This document shows positions 10,241 through 19,944 of a stretch of DNA of 64,000 bases, piece after piece. The DNA comes from an uncultured bacterium (GTDB lineage Bacteria; CSSED10-310; CAZUFC01): assembly GCA_964619725.1 (NCBI GenBank), contig CAZUFC010000005.1, positions 64,001 to 128,000 on the forward strand. The letters are read 5' to 3'. The notes under the pieces were generated by a model. That model did not search any database. It saw only the letters and a list, made by a program, of their open reading frames with translations, and was not told the origin of the DNA. Both the position numbers and the translations under genes were made by a program. Within the stretch, counting starts at the first letter, position 1. Every line of letters begins with the position of its first letter.

Positions 10241-10789
10241 CTAAAATTTTACTTTAACCGGTCCCTTCGCTTCTTCCGGGACTTCAAAGTATTCCCGATG
10301 TTTAAAACCGAACATGTTCGCCGGTAAATTACTCGGAAACGTTTCAATCGTCGTGTTATAGTTCATCACCGAATCATTGTAATGCTGTCGAGCGAACGCT
10401 ATTTTGCTTTCTGTGCCCGACAGCTCTTCCTGCAGCATTAGGAAATTTCTGTCAGCCTTTAATTCCGGATAGTTTTCCGTAACCGCGAATAAAGATTTTA
10501 AAGCGCCTTCCAGCATATTATTCGCTTTAGCCTTATCCTGCGGTCCTCCGCCCTGTGCCATCATGGCACGGGCCTCCGTGAGCTGTGTTAAAGTCTCTTT
10601 TTCATGCGAGGCGTAACCTTTTACGGTTTCGACCAGGTTGGGTATCAGGTCGAAGCGGCGCTGTAACTGAACGTCAATCTGCGACCAGGCTGCGTCGACC
10701 CGGTTCTTTAATTTGACCAGCCTGTTGTAGACAACCGCAAACATTATCGCCAGGAAAACGATGATCCCTAATACGATTAACAAAGCCAT
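10241..10789 (-). CDS. lemA: LemA family protein
   Basis: N-terminal TM, AWSQIDVQLQRRFDLIPNLVETVKGYA, ENYPELKA. Confidence 0.95.
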   Translation of the reverse strand: MALLIVLGIIVFLAIMFAVVYNRLVKLKNRVDAAWSQIDVQLQRRFDLIPNLVETVKGYASHEKETLTQLTEARAMMAQGGGPQDKAKANNMLEGALKSLFAVTENYPELKADRNFLMLQEELSGTESKIAFARQHYNDSVMNYNTTIETFPSNLPANMFGFKHREYFEVPEEAKGPVKVKF

Positions 10790-11036
10790 GAGTTTATCCT
10801 CCTTGCGAATATTCTCTTACCAGCCATGAGATGAGCAAGGCAACTCCTATGCATGTCGCGGCTGTAAGTATTATAAAAAGAATCGCTTTAAAAATGAAAG
10901 CGAATAGCCCGGATATTCCCCACAATAAAGCTAGAACCAGACCGATGAGCGGGAATACTACTTTAAAAAGAAGGAACAGGGCGACGAAAATGAGTAAAAT
11001 ATATCCGATAACTTTCAACCATGAATTATCTTTCAT
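10786..11036 (-). CDS. Small membrane protein (ORF 10794-11036, with the spacer to lemA)
   Basis: 80-aa hydrophobic ORF with GGAGG RBS, ending 4 nt before the lemA start. Confidence 0.65.
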
Positions 11037-11089
11037 TCAGGCCTCCTTTGCTCGACCTGCGGTAAAACTTGTTGTTATTTGACGACGTT

Positions 11090-11560
11090 TTAATTTTTCT
11101 CGTCGGGATTGCAGGTTTCACATGGTTTATAACCGGTTTCCAGAGCTTTCTGTAAATCGTCGAAGACTTCCACATCGCTGAAAGGAATTTTCAAGCGGCC
11201 CTTGCCGTTTTCTTCACGAAGGTCCGGACAATCGTCTCTATGCACCTTCCTGGTCGTTTTATCACCGACAAATCGAAATTCATTAGATTCATGTCTCTCG
11301 GGACTTATCACGCCGCCTGTCACTTCCTCTATGCCGCCGGCCGCTTCCTCCTCAGTCTCTCCCTCAGTCGGTTCCCAATCGCTGGGAGGTTGTATCTCGC
11401 GATAGTCGAAAACGTCATTCATTTCATCCGTCCACCAATCCGGTTTGATGTTGGTGAGCATAACGGTGCCGTCTGCGGCTACCCATTTGTATACCTGCGC
11501 GGAACTCATGGGTATGAACGCAAAGGTCAAACAAACAACGACGAGCGTTATGAGCTTCAT
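11090..11560 (-). CDS. Secreted DUF4124 plus Ada-type metal-binding-domain protein
   Basis: Signal peptide; QVYKWVAADGTV (DUF4124-like); KVHRDDC...GYKPCETCNP. Confidence 0.75.
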   Translation of the reverse strand: MKLITLVVVCLTFAFIPMSSAQVYKWVAADGTVMLTNIKPDWWTDEMNDVFDYREIQPPSDWEPTEGETEEEAAGGIEEVTGGVISPERHESNEFRFVGDKTTRKVHRDDCPDLREENGKGRLKIPFSDVEVFDDLQKALETGYKPCETCNPDEKN

Positions 11561-11713
11561 GTTTCCCTCATTCCTTTCCTGAAAAATTTATTGGCTCCAT
11601 CCATCTCTTGCGGCCTTTAGAATATGGAAAGCGCATTTTAACGATCGTTCGACGCGTTTAAATTTTTAATCAACTTCAGATAACGACGGGGCGTCGCCGG
11701 CGCTGCGACCGTT

Positions 11714-12706
11714 CTATTTCGATCCGCGCTGCATCGTTGACGGCAGTTCCCGGTCGCTTCCGCTATCCTCCTCGGCCTTGTTTCTGACGCGAAGAGTTAT
11801 ATCCAGATTCAATTTTACCTTGATTCGACTGGGAAGAGCATTCGGCCTCAATTCCAGAGGAACCACTATCTCTTTGGGAATAGTTTTTTCTATGATGATG
11901 TCGTGTTTGGGAAATGCTTTATCTGCTGCAGCAGCTCCCGAACGACCCGAAAACACTGAATAAGGCCTGCCGGAAGTTTGTCTGGCCTTCTTTTGACGAT
12001 TAACTCCTGTTGATGCGGGAACCGGTTCTTTGCGTCGATCCATTCCGCCCTTCTCTATCTCATCCTTCGCGCCTATCACCAGCTCCTCTTCCATATCTTC
12101 CTCTTTCTCGGTCACACCTTCCTGAATACGCTTCAAATGATACAAAGTCAGCTTCGATATCCCTTTCAACGTTTCGATCACTCCAGCCCCACTTACCGCT
12201 ACCGATTCATAAAAGGGTACGCCGGAAGGATTCAACGCCTCATTCAATTCTTCAACCGATGCTATATTATCCAAATCACGCTTGTTATATTGTATGACAT
12301 AAGGAATTTTATGCAGCTTTCGATTCTGCTCCGCTAAATTCTCCTTCAAATTGTCCAAACTTTCAATGTTGGCATCCATGAGGTCTTTCTGGCTGTCGGC
12401 CACAAAAACGATTGCATCTACTCCCTTTAAAACGACTTTCCTCGTCGAATTATAAAAAACCTGTCCGGGTACCGTGTAAAGCTGCAGTTTTGTCGTAAAT
12501 CCTGATACTTTCCCGATTTTCAAAGGCAGCAGATCGAAAAAGAGAGTCCTGTCGGTTTGCGTCGGCAATGCCAACATCTTTCCTCGGCGTCGTTCCGGCA
12601 AATGATCGTAAATATATTGAAGATTCGTCGTCTTACCGCCCAGTCCGGGTCCGTAATAAACGATTTTCGCCGACATTTCCTTTGTTGTGCGGTTGAAAAA
12701 AACCAC
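11714..12706 (-). CDS. mglA: MglA-family small GTPase with long C-terminal extension
   Basis: KIVYYGPGLGGKTTNL, DRTLFFD, TVPGQVFY, NKRD: MglA signature motifs. Confidence 0.85.
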   Translation of the reverse strand: MVFFNRTTKEMSAKIVYYGPGLGGKTTNLQYIYDHLPERRRGKMLALPTQTDRTLFFDLLPLKIGKVSGFTTKLQLYTVPGQVFYNSTRKVVLKGVDAIVFVADSQKDLMDANIESLDNLKENLAEQNRKLHKIPYVIQYNKRDLDNIASVEELNEALNPSGVPFYESVAVSGAGVIETLKGISKLTLYHLKRIQEGVTEKEEDMEEELVIGAKDEIEKGGMDRRKEPVPASTGVNRQKKARQTSGRPYSVFSGRSGAAAADKAFPKHDIIIEKTIPKEIVVPLELRPNALPSRIKVKLNLDITLRVRNKAEEDSGSDRELPSTMQRGSK

Positions 12707-13120
12707 TGGCTGAAGTCTCCTTTCCTCATCGTTATGTGACCGGAATCGCTGTTAAATCGCTCGTCTCACCATTACATACTTAACCCAGACTCCTTATAAA
12801 GTCAAGAGTTTCCAAAACAGCGAATATCCCCACTCATTATCAACGGAGAAAGGTGATTCGTACAAACGCAACGCTGGAGTAACAAACCTTGGGTGAACAG
12901 AAAGAGCAGGCTCATTTAATTAAAGCTTTTTATATCCGGCGCCCGTCAATGAACTCGAATCACGATTCAAATTTAATGGCCGGTCTGACCATTTTTTCTT
13001 TTATGCATCATAATTATGGTTATTTCGATCGCCGCCAGTTTTTTCTATCTTGAAAAATTAACAGATGTGAGTTAACTTCTCTTGAAGCGAGGGAGTTTGA
13101 ATTTCGCAAATGGGAGGAGC

Positions 13121-13417
13121 ATGGCTTTTTATACTCAAAAAGCGGACGGCAGCATCATAATTCGTGTTTACATTCAACCGAATGCAGGATCAGATGAAAT
13201 AGCGGGAATTCACGGCGACAGTTTAAAAGTAAAGATTAAAGCGCCGCCGGTTAAGGGAAAAGCCAATCAGGAATGCGAAAAATTTCTGGCGGAAACGCTG
13301 GGATTGCCTAAATCAATGGTCAGTCTGCTGAAAGGCCGAAAATCTAAACATAAGCAATTTCGTATACAATCCGGCGATGATGACCTGTTGAAGAGGGTGA
13401 CGAGTCTTCCGCATTAA
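13121..13417 (+). CDS. yggU: DUF167/YggU family protein
   Basis: IQPNA, LKVKIKAPPVKGKAN, GRKSKHK; GGAGG RBS before ATG 13121. Confidence 0.85.
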   Translation: MAFYTQKADGSIIIRVYIQPNAGSDEIAGIHGDSLKVKIKAPPVKGKANQECEKFLAETLGLPKSMVSLLKGRKSKHKQFRIQSGDDDLLKRVTSLPH

Positions 13418-13524
13418 CTGCTGTGAACAGGTTCTCGTTTTAGGAAAAACCGGGAACAGGAGTCAGCGAAAAAATACAATCAACCCGAACGATAACTCAT
13501 GCAAGCTTCGGAAAAGGTGACTAT

Positions 13525-14247
13525 ATGAAGCAAAGAAGATTTTTTAAACATTTCACGTCTATTTTAACGAGCTTTATTCTTCTGTTTTGCGTTTTTTCAT
13601 ATGCGCAGGCCTGGACTAATCAAACGCTCATTTATATTGCGGTGGAAGCCCGGCGGATTATGCCTGAAAACGTCCAAAAAGTTTTAAAAAGATTCCAGGA
13701 TGATTTGTTTAAAGGATTATTGGACAAGAAAAACGGAAACGTTCAGTTTACCGGTGAGGAAGAGTATGCTGCGGCTATGACTGAGAGAGCTGAAGCTATC
13801 ATAACGCTTTCGCGAGAACGGACAAATTTTTCCAGAATCATACATGAAATGGGCGGAATAACCCGTATGGCTGCAGAACTGAATCATCCGATAAAATTTT
13901 CATCCAGGCATGCGGCCTGTCCTTATAAGAATGATTTCGACAAGTATATTGAGAAAAACCTGTCCCGTTTTCATGCTCCGTATCGCCGCCGGGATGTGAG
14001 CTTCGACAGCCCGGGAGCCCTGAGAAGTCATTTCAAAGAAACTTGGAAACGATCTGAGAAGCATTTCATGAAATTGGACAGAGCATTTCGGCGGGAAGAC
14101 GAAATATTACCCGCCTCCAGTTTCGATTATCGTTCCGTACCTTTCGGCATAGCTTCCATAGCATACAGAAACGCCATCCATAACGTCGCGGATGCCTGGT
14201 GTTATGTTCTGACGGGTATGGGATGGGAAATACCTGCGGAAGGATAA
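13525..14247 (+). CDS. Secreted hypothetical protein, possibly a degenerate phospholipase C/P1-nuclease fold
   Basis: Signal peptide AQA followed by Trp; appears all-helical; fold assignment is weak. Confidence 0.55.
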   Translation: MKQRRFFKHFTSILTSFILLFCVFSYAQAWTNQTLIYIAVEARRIMPENVQKVLKRFQDDLFKGLLDKKNGNVQFTGEEEYAAAMTERAEAIITLSRERTNFSRIIHEMGGITRMAAELNHPIKFSSRHAACPYKNDFDKYIEKNLSRFHAPYRRRDVSFDSPGALRSHFKETWKRSEKHFMKLDRAFRREDEILPASSFDYRSVPFGIASIAYRNAIHNVADAWCYVLTGMGWEIPAEG

Positions 14248-14426
14248 TCCTTATCTCAAATAATCCTGAGCCCCCTGTGATCAGCCTGGGTTAAAAGCGT
14301 ATCGAAGCGACGGCGGACGTGACGACCGGGCGTTTTAATACTCATTTCTCATCGAATGGGAAAAGGAAGAGTATTTACGGTACAGTGTTTTAAATGAAAA
14401 ATGTGGTATTGATTGATTTTACCTCC

Positions 14427-14456
14427 TGCCCGGCGAGCAATAGACTACGCCGGGCA
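14427..14456. terminator. Hairpin between convergent genes (possible terminator)
   Basis: TGCCCGGCG-N12-CGCCGGGCA perfect 9-bp stem. Confidence 0.5.
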
Positions 14457-14494
14457 AGATTGAATTTTTAAAGTGTTGGTCGGAAGTGATTGAA

Positions 14495-17374
14495 TTATTC
14501 GTTTTTCATGAAACCGAGACGCACAGCGCCGGATTCAGAGCACTCTCCCCATCTGATGATGCCGGAAGGACTCCTCACTCCCAGACACACATGATATCCT
14601 TCCAAATCATCATCGATTTCACAATGTAGAGATTGAAAGTTACCGTCAATGGGAGGTTTGTATAGATGAACAAGCGAATTGCATTGCTCCCAGGTTTCAA
14701 AGAAATCCGTGGCGTTCATCCAGGGCGATACGCCGCACCAGCCTTCTGAATCCCTGTAAAGAACTTTGAGGTCGCAATCAGCAGCCCCATGTTTGCCGTC
14801 ATGCACTATAAATGTAGGAAGAAAAGTCGTCAAATCCAGGATATTAAGCTGCTGAGCGTCGGCGCATATCGACTTCGGCCCGTCATGGCCTCGTTTGACC
14901 AGATTGCCGGAAGTCATGCTTTTTATTAATCCGTCGGGATCGCGTGCTCTGATCTGGAATTTGTAATTCAGTATTTCACCGAGATAGAAGTAGTCTTCGA
15001 TTATGAAATAAAAATAGAGATAACCGTTTTCCGGAACAACAGCCGCTTTTTCAAGATACCCTCCTGAGCAGCCGGGCGTATCGTCGAAATTCCATACGAC
15101 TGCTGTCTCGTCTGCCGGGGTCCAGTCCAGGTCAAGATGCCATTTTGAGCCGTCGTAATGCCAAAATTGTATGTCCAAATCCGAGAGATCGAAATTAGAG
15201 CCGTCCATGTTGAGAATGATTTCCGGTTCCATTTCCAATGTGCGCCGGTCTCCGATTACTGCACCCGGTCCGGGGGAATCGATGTAAATTCCCGGCCTGT
15301 GGTGACCGCATTTAAGCAGAGGCTGAGTAGTCGCGCCGCCGATAAGAGACGAGGGGTCCCTGGCGAGGATTCTGAACTTGAAATTCTCTATTCGTTCGTT
15401 TTCCCGGTATTCTTCGAGAATGAAGTAGAAATAGAGATAGTCGCCGTCCACGGGAGCTTTGTACGCGTAACAATAGTCAGTATGAGGATCGAATTGATCA
15501 TTATCCGCTTCTTCAGTCGCCTTAGTCCAATCGATAGCGGTTATCCATTCATTTCCGTTATGATACACTAGCTTGATCATCAAATTTTCTGTTAAAAATT
15601 TGTTGCTGTAGATGATTAATTCCGGTTCGGTCTCTATAGTCATGACATCGCCGATCGCCAGTTCAGGATCAAGGCTGATGAAATTCACCGATGGCGGATG
15701 ATAATCGTATTTGATTAACTCGTTTACGCAGGTCCATCCGTGAGCGCCCTGAGAGTCGCGAACTTCCACGCAGAAATAGTAGTTATCGATTTCACCGGCA
15801 TAATAATCTTCAATGAGCACGTAAAAATACTGATATCCCGTCTCGCTGTCCATAACGTCTTTGTAACAAAGGCCTTCGGTACTGCCCGGCGTGTCGTCGA
15901 AACCTGTCGTCGTCCTTTCCTCCAGCACGGGCGTCCAATCCATCGCTATTTCTGCCTCTGATCCATACCCGTATTTTATTCTGACATCCAGATTCTCCAT
16001 ATCCTCATCCCACAATACGCATTCTATTTCAACTTCCAGAGTCGATGCGGAACCTATCACCGTGGAAGGGGCGGGATTCTCGATAACCACTGATGGAGAC
16101 CCATTGTGAAAATCCACATTATAGACATCCGAAAAAGACACTCCATTCGTTATCTCGTAGGTTTCTCCGTCAGTGTAAACTATTATCGGATTCTCATAAT
16201 CGCCGTCCGGATTGGCTATCTTGTGACACATGGAATCTCCGCTTCCCGCCGGGCATTCCCAGTCCCTCGAAGTACCCTCTCCAGTCAGATATACGCACTG
16301 CAAAGGCGCTTCATAAACCTCGCACAATCGATCGATAACCTCCTGATCAGGATGACCGTAACTGTTGGCGCCGCAAGAAATTATCACGTTTTCAGCCTTC
16401 ATCGCTTCCAGAAAATACTCACTGGACGAACTGTCGGAACCGTGATGATTCAACCGTAACAGGTCCAGCGGATCGAACGCCGGCGTGTTGCATATCATCG
16501 TCAGTAAATCGGCCAGCGCCTGCTCTACCTGCGGGCCCTCATTGCCTGTCAGATCGCCTGCAACAAGATAGTCGAATCCCTTGTATTCTACATACAAACC
16601 CACCGATCTTGAATTTATGGCCAGTGAACTTGATCCTCCCGATCCCGACACACGTTCAGGATTCCCGGCTACCCAGCCTGAACTGCAAACAATCGTCGCC
16701 GTTGCTCCATCTCCCAAATCTATCGGCATGCCGTACCAATCCATCAATCTGTCATACTCATACAAAGATTCCCGGACGCCTCCGCCTTCCACAGTCCTCA
16801 CATATTTACGATACGCCTGCGATAATTCACAGAACTCTACCGGCGTTTCCCTCGCCCATTCTTCTCCGTTGTCTAACGCCGCTATTTTCGGAAAATATTT
16901 GTCCGATTCCGGCCAGTAGTTGATCTCTTCAGGATCAGGTTCTTCAATATCTCCACACTCGTCAGGAATACAGAAGTCGACACAATCATCCTCATCGTCG
17001 TCGCCGCACCATCCAGGACATGTTTGCCGTTCCCCCGCCTCCCGGTCAACCAGGATGACGCTCGTATTATGATAAGGAGGATAAGCGAACCCTCCGACAT
17101 GGTCCACATCAATGTGAGTTAAAATGATATAATCCAGTTTCTCGATTCCTTCTGCTTCCAGATACTCGCAAACTAGCCTTCCGCCGTCCGGTCCGCTGTG
17201 CCTTCCCGCATCGATAAGTATCGTCGTTCCGCCCGGCCCCACTATCAGCGTAGCATCTCCCTGGCCTACATCAATGTGATGTATCTCCAAATCCCCGTAT
17301 GCCGCGCCCCTTTCAACTCCAATAAATAACGCTGAAAGCGCACATATCATAACCATCAATGTCCTTACTTTCAT
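14495..17374 (-). CDS. Secreted ComEC/Rec2-like metallo-beta-lactamase-fold hydrolase with four ~135-aa C-terminal repeats
   Basis: IDVGQGDATLI, LIDAG, THIDVDHVGG, NSRSV, AGDL, HHGS, YGHP; signal peptide. Confidence 0.85.
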   Translation of the reverse strand: MKVRTLMVMICALSALFIGVERGAAYGDLEIHHIDVGQGDATLIVGPGGTTILIDAGRHSGPDGGRLVCEYLEAEGIEKLDYIILTHIDVDHVGGFAYPPYHNTSVILVDREAGERQTCPGWCGDDDEDDCVDFCIPDECGDIEEPDPEEINYWPESDKYFPKIAALDNGEEWARETPVEFCELSQAYRKYVRTVEGGGVRESLYEYDRLMDWYGMPIDLGDGATATIVCSSGWVAGNPERVSGSGGSSSLAINSRSVGLYVEYKGFDYLVAGDLTGNEGPQVEQALADLLTMICNTPAFDPLDLLRLNHHGSDSSSSEYFLEAMKAENVIISCGANSYGHPDQEVIDRLCEVYEAPLQCVYLTGEGTSRDWECPAGSGDSMCHKIANPDGDYENPIIVYTDGETYEITNGVSFSDVYNVDFHNGSPSVVIENPAPSTVIGSASTLEVEIECVLWDEDMENLDVRIKYGYGSEAEIAMDWTPVLEERTTTGFDDTPGSTEGLCYKDVMDSETGYQYFYVLIEDYYAGEIDNYYFCVEVRDSQGAHGWTCVNELIKYDYHPPSVNFISLDPELAIGDVMTIETEPELIIYSNKFLTENLMIKLVYHNGNEWITAIDWTKATEEADNDQFDPHTDYCYAYKAPVDGDYLYFYFILEEYRENERIENFKFRILARDPSSLIGGATTQPLLKCGHHRPGIYIDSPGPGAVIGDRRTLEMEPEIILNMDGSNFDLSDLDIQFWHYDGSKWHLDLDWTPADETAVVWNFDDTPGCSGGYLEKAAVVPENGYLYFYFIIEDYFYLGEILNYKFQIRARDPDGLIKSMTSGNLVKRGHDGPKSICADAQQLNILDLTTFLPTFIVHDGKHGAADCDLKVLYRDSEGWCGVSPWMNATDFFETWEQCNSLVHLYKPPIDGNFQSLHCEIDDDLEGYHVCLGVRSPSGIIRWGECSESGAVRLGFMKNE

Positions 17375-17458
17375 TTTCCCTTACTCCCTGTTATTGGTTT
17401 CTTTGATTTGATCCTTTGACGCAGAAATTTTTTCCCCTCTTTACCCTCCCTTCTGCGA

Positions 17459-17488
17459 TTGACAGACTTAGCCGTAATGTCGTATCCT
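17459..17488 (+). promoter_or_regulatory. Sigma70-type promoter, antisense to the leader of the MBL-fold gene
   Basis: TTGACA-N18-TATCCT. Confidence 0.45.
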
Positions 17489-17494
17489 GTTAAT

Positions 17495-17593
17495 TGGAAT
17501 GGACGAGACTCGCTTACAGTCCGTCTATTGCCGTATCGCCCGCGCTGCTTGGATTACCTGATTCGACACAGCGCGGGCTTTGGTTTATTTTTT
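17495..17593 (+). ncRNA. Candidate ~100-nt small/antisense RNA
   Basis: Follows the promoter. Hairpin AATGGACG..CGTCTATT, then a 10-bp stem GCCCGCGCTG/CAGCGCGGGC and a T-rich tail. No family recognised. Confidence 0.35.
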
Positions 17594-17813
17594 CCTTTCT
17601 TTATCCTGGCTCCTTCTCTGACTCCTTCGCATTAATTCATTAATTCCGAACTTTTTCAGTTCAATCAATTCATTCCCCTGCAGTCGCTATCCACACTCAT
17701 CAAAAAACGATTGTACGATGCGACTCTCTATTCTCATTAAACCCTCGTAACGCTAAAGAAAACTCAGAATGATTTCCAGATTTAAGAAGCTTCCCCCCAT
17801 TCGTAACAATAAA

Positions 17814-17843
17814 ATCGTATCACTCATAATTTACAAATGTCAA
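17814..17843 (-). promoter_or_regulatory. Sigma70-type promoter for the MBL-fold gene
   Basis: Minus strand reads TTGACA-N18-TACGAT with an extended -10 TG. Confidence 0.45.
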
Positions 17844-18192
17844 GCCCCATAAATCCAACGATTACTTGGATGATTAAATTATAAGCTGATGGATGACTAT
17901 CAGATAATATTCAGCAAAAAAACAAAGAATTTTTAATATTTTTTTGCTTTGTTCGTTTTTCAGGAATAGTAAAGTCTCGATTTCTTATGATTACGAGTTT
18001 GTGTCGGTCCACAAACTCGAATCTCGATTCAAAATTTAATGCTGGAGAGCCACTTAGGTTCCTGATCCAGAAACGAGTTATAATTTCAGCAGAGAGAAGA
18101 TAATATCTTCAGGCCGTCGCTTGTGTAAGACGGAAATTTAATAAGGCGTTTTTTGAGAAAATTATTTTAATCCCTGGAACATCCGTGCGGGT

Positions 18193-19599
18193 TCACCTTT
18201 TTCTTTTATAGAGAGCGAAGGAGAGGGTGATGCTGAGGAGCAGTATGCCGAGAGAAGTAAAAGCGGGAACAGCGGCGCAATTGTTTTCGAAGCCGAGGGA
18301 GAGTGCGAACCAGCGTTCTTCAGAGAAGTCGTTTCCGGAGTAATTGGTGTCTATGCCGTTAGGGCAGCGAGCGAGTGAGCTTCCTTCGAGTACGTTGAAG
18401 GCGGGATATTCAGCGATTTCGCCGAGGTCATTGGTGTGTTCATAAGTATTAGGGCTTCCGTAGAGAAGGGTATCGACGAGTTGCCCTCGTGTAGTCATGA
18501 GTCTGATGCCGCATGTATAGTCGTCTGCGCTGACGAAGTTGTCTATGGGAGTGGAATTCATGATGATGGTGCTGGGGGGTACGGAGGATACGTCGACATC
18601 GGGTTCAGCGATAAGGATGTATCCGTTCGGCGGGATACTGACAGGTGCAGTGGGGCTGCATTGCCAGGCCAGGTCGAAGGCGGCGCCGGCGGTTTCGAGG
18701 TACCAGCCGGAGATATTGATGTCACTGGCGGTGGTGTTATAGAGTTCAACCCATTGGTATCCTTCATCGGGACCTTCAGGATTATACATGACATCGTTGA
18801 TTAAAACTTCGCCCATATTTAATTCGTTAAAAAAGACGGTAAAAAACATATTGACGTTACCGTCGCCCAAATCTCGGGATGCAGCATCCATGTGGACTCC
18901 GATGAATCCGCCGGCAACGTCCACGCCGTCGCATGTATCAAAGGGCACTGTGGTGTCAGAGTCATTGTTCCAGTCGCCCTGGTTTTCAGCAGTGGCGGTG
19001 GAGAATCTAACGACATCGCCTCCGGTGAATCCCAGGTCGTCGAGCGGAATGGAAAATTCAACTACGTCATTATCAACGCTCACAGCGATTTCTTCCTGGC
19101 CGGAGGGCGGCTCGATCCATTCCGATCCTTCGTCGCTGTATAATTCGATGCTCCATTCCGATCCGGTCCAATGGAGGTCTAAATTCATTTCGGAATATTG
19201 AAGCGGCGACCACAATTCAATATTGGAATCATCTCCTAACCAATCGAGCGCCAGGTCGTCGTTCGAACCGTCGCGATCCAGCGACATCATTATGTGCATT
19301 GCGTGCGTTTCGTCTATGTCGGCCATTTTGTAAAGGAAGTAGAGGTTCGTCGTATCGCGCGTCATGCGGACTTCCACGATATCGTTGTTATCGGTCATTC
19401 CGGTTTCCGTGCGCCGGTCGCCGGCTTCTCCCATGTATATCCATTCATTGTTGGAGTAATTGTCGTCATGCAATTGCAGCGGCAATTCTCCTGTCCAGTC
19501 GGACGGGTCGCCGTCTATGGTAACGGCGGCGCCGGCCAGTCCCTGATTCATTACAAAAATGGTTAAGACGACGGCCGTTGCGAATAAATTTTTGATCAT
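18193..19599 (-). CDS. Secreted protein: carbohydrate-binding-like N-domain, lamin-tail domain and IPTL-CTERM-like anchor
   Basis: Signal peptide from MIKNLF; TIDGDPSDW; VLINDVMYNP..QWVELYN..INISGWYL (LTD); VPAFTSLG-TM-KRKR. Confidence 0.75.
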   Translation of the reverse strand: MIKNLFATAVVLTIFVMNQGLAGAAVTIDGDPSDWTGELPLQLHDDNYSNNEWIYMGEAGDRRTETGMTDNNDIVEVRMTRDTTNLYFLYKMADIDETHAMHIMMSLDRDGSNDDLALDWLGDDSNIELWSPLQYSEMNLDLHWTGSEWSIELYSDEGSEWIEPPSGQEEIAVSVDNDVVEFSIPLDDLGFTGGDVVRFSTATAENQGDWNNDSDTTVPFDTCDGVDVAGGFIGVHMDAASRDLGDGNVNMFFTVFFNELNMGEVLINDVMYNPEGPDEGYQWVELYNTTASDINISGWYLETAGAAFDLAWQCSPTAPVSIPPNGYILIAEPDVDVSSVPPSTIIMNSTPIDNFVSADDYTCGIRLMTTRGQLVDTLLYGSPNTYEHTNDLGEIAEYPAFNVLEGSSLARCPNGIDTNYSGNDFSEERWFALSLGFENNCAAVPAFTSLGILLLSITLSFALYKRKR

Positions 19600-19944
19600 T
19601 AAATCATCCCCCTTTTTGTAGGCTGAAGTCGAATTTTTCGTCTGATTTATTCGGTGTTTTCCTTTCCTGTTTTTTCCGATAAACATAATTTTCTCGTCAA
19701 CCGTACTTCCCATATTCAAATCGGAAAAAAACTTCTCCTATAATCCAATAACTTAATATGACTTAAAAATCAAATCAAATCCAAAGCATTCGGCTTTGAA
19801 TTCTTTTCAATCATCATTTTTTTCTGCTAATATTCCCTTGGATTATTAATTCTTGCAGGGCGGGAATTAATGCAGTCGCTTTACTGCAGGAGTCGTCCCG
19901 AATCAGATTGAACATTAAAGCAAAAAGAGACAGGAGAGGAAGAA

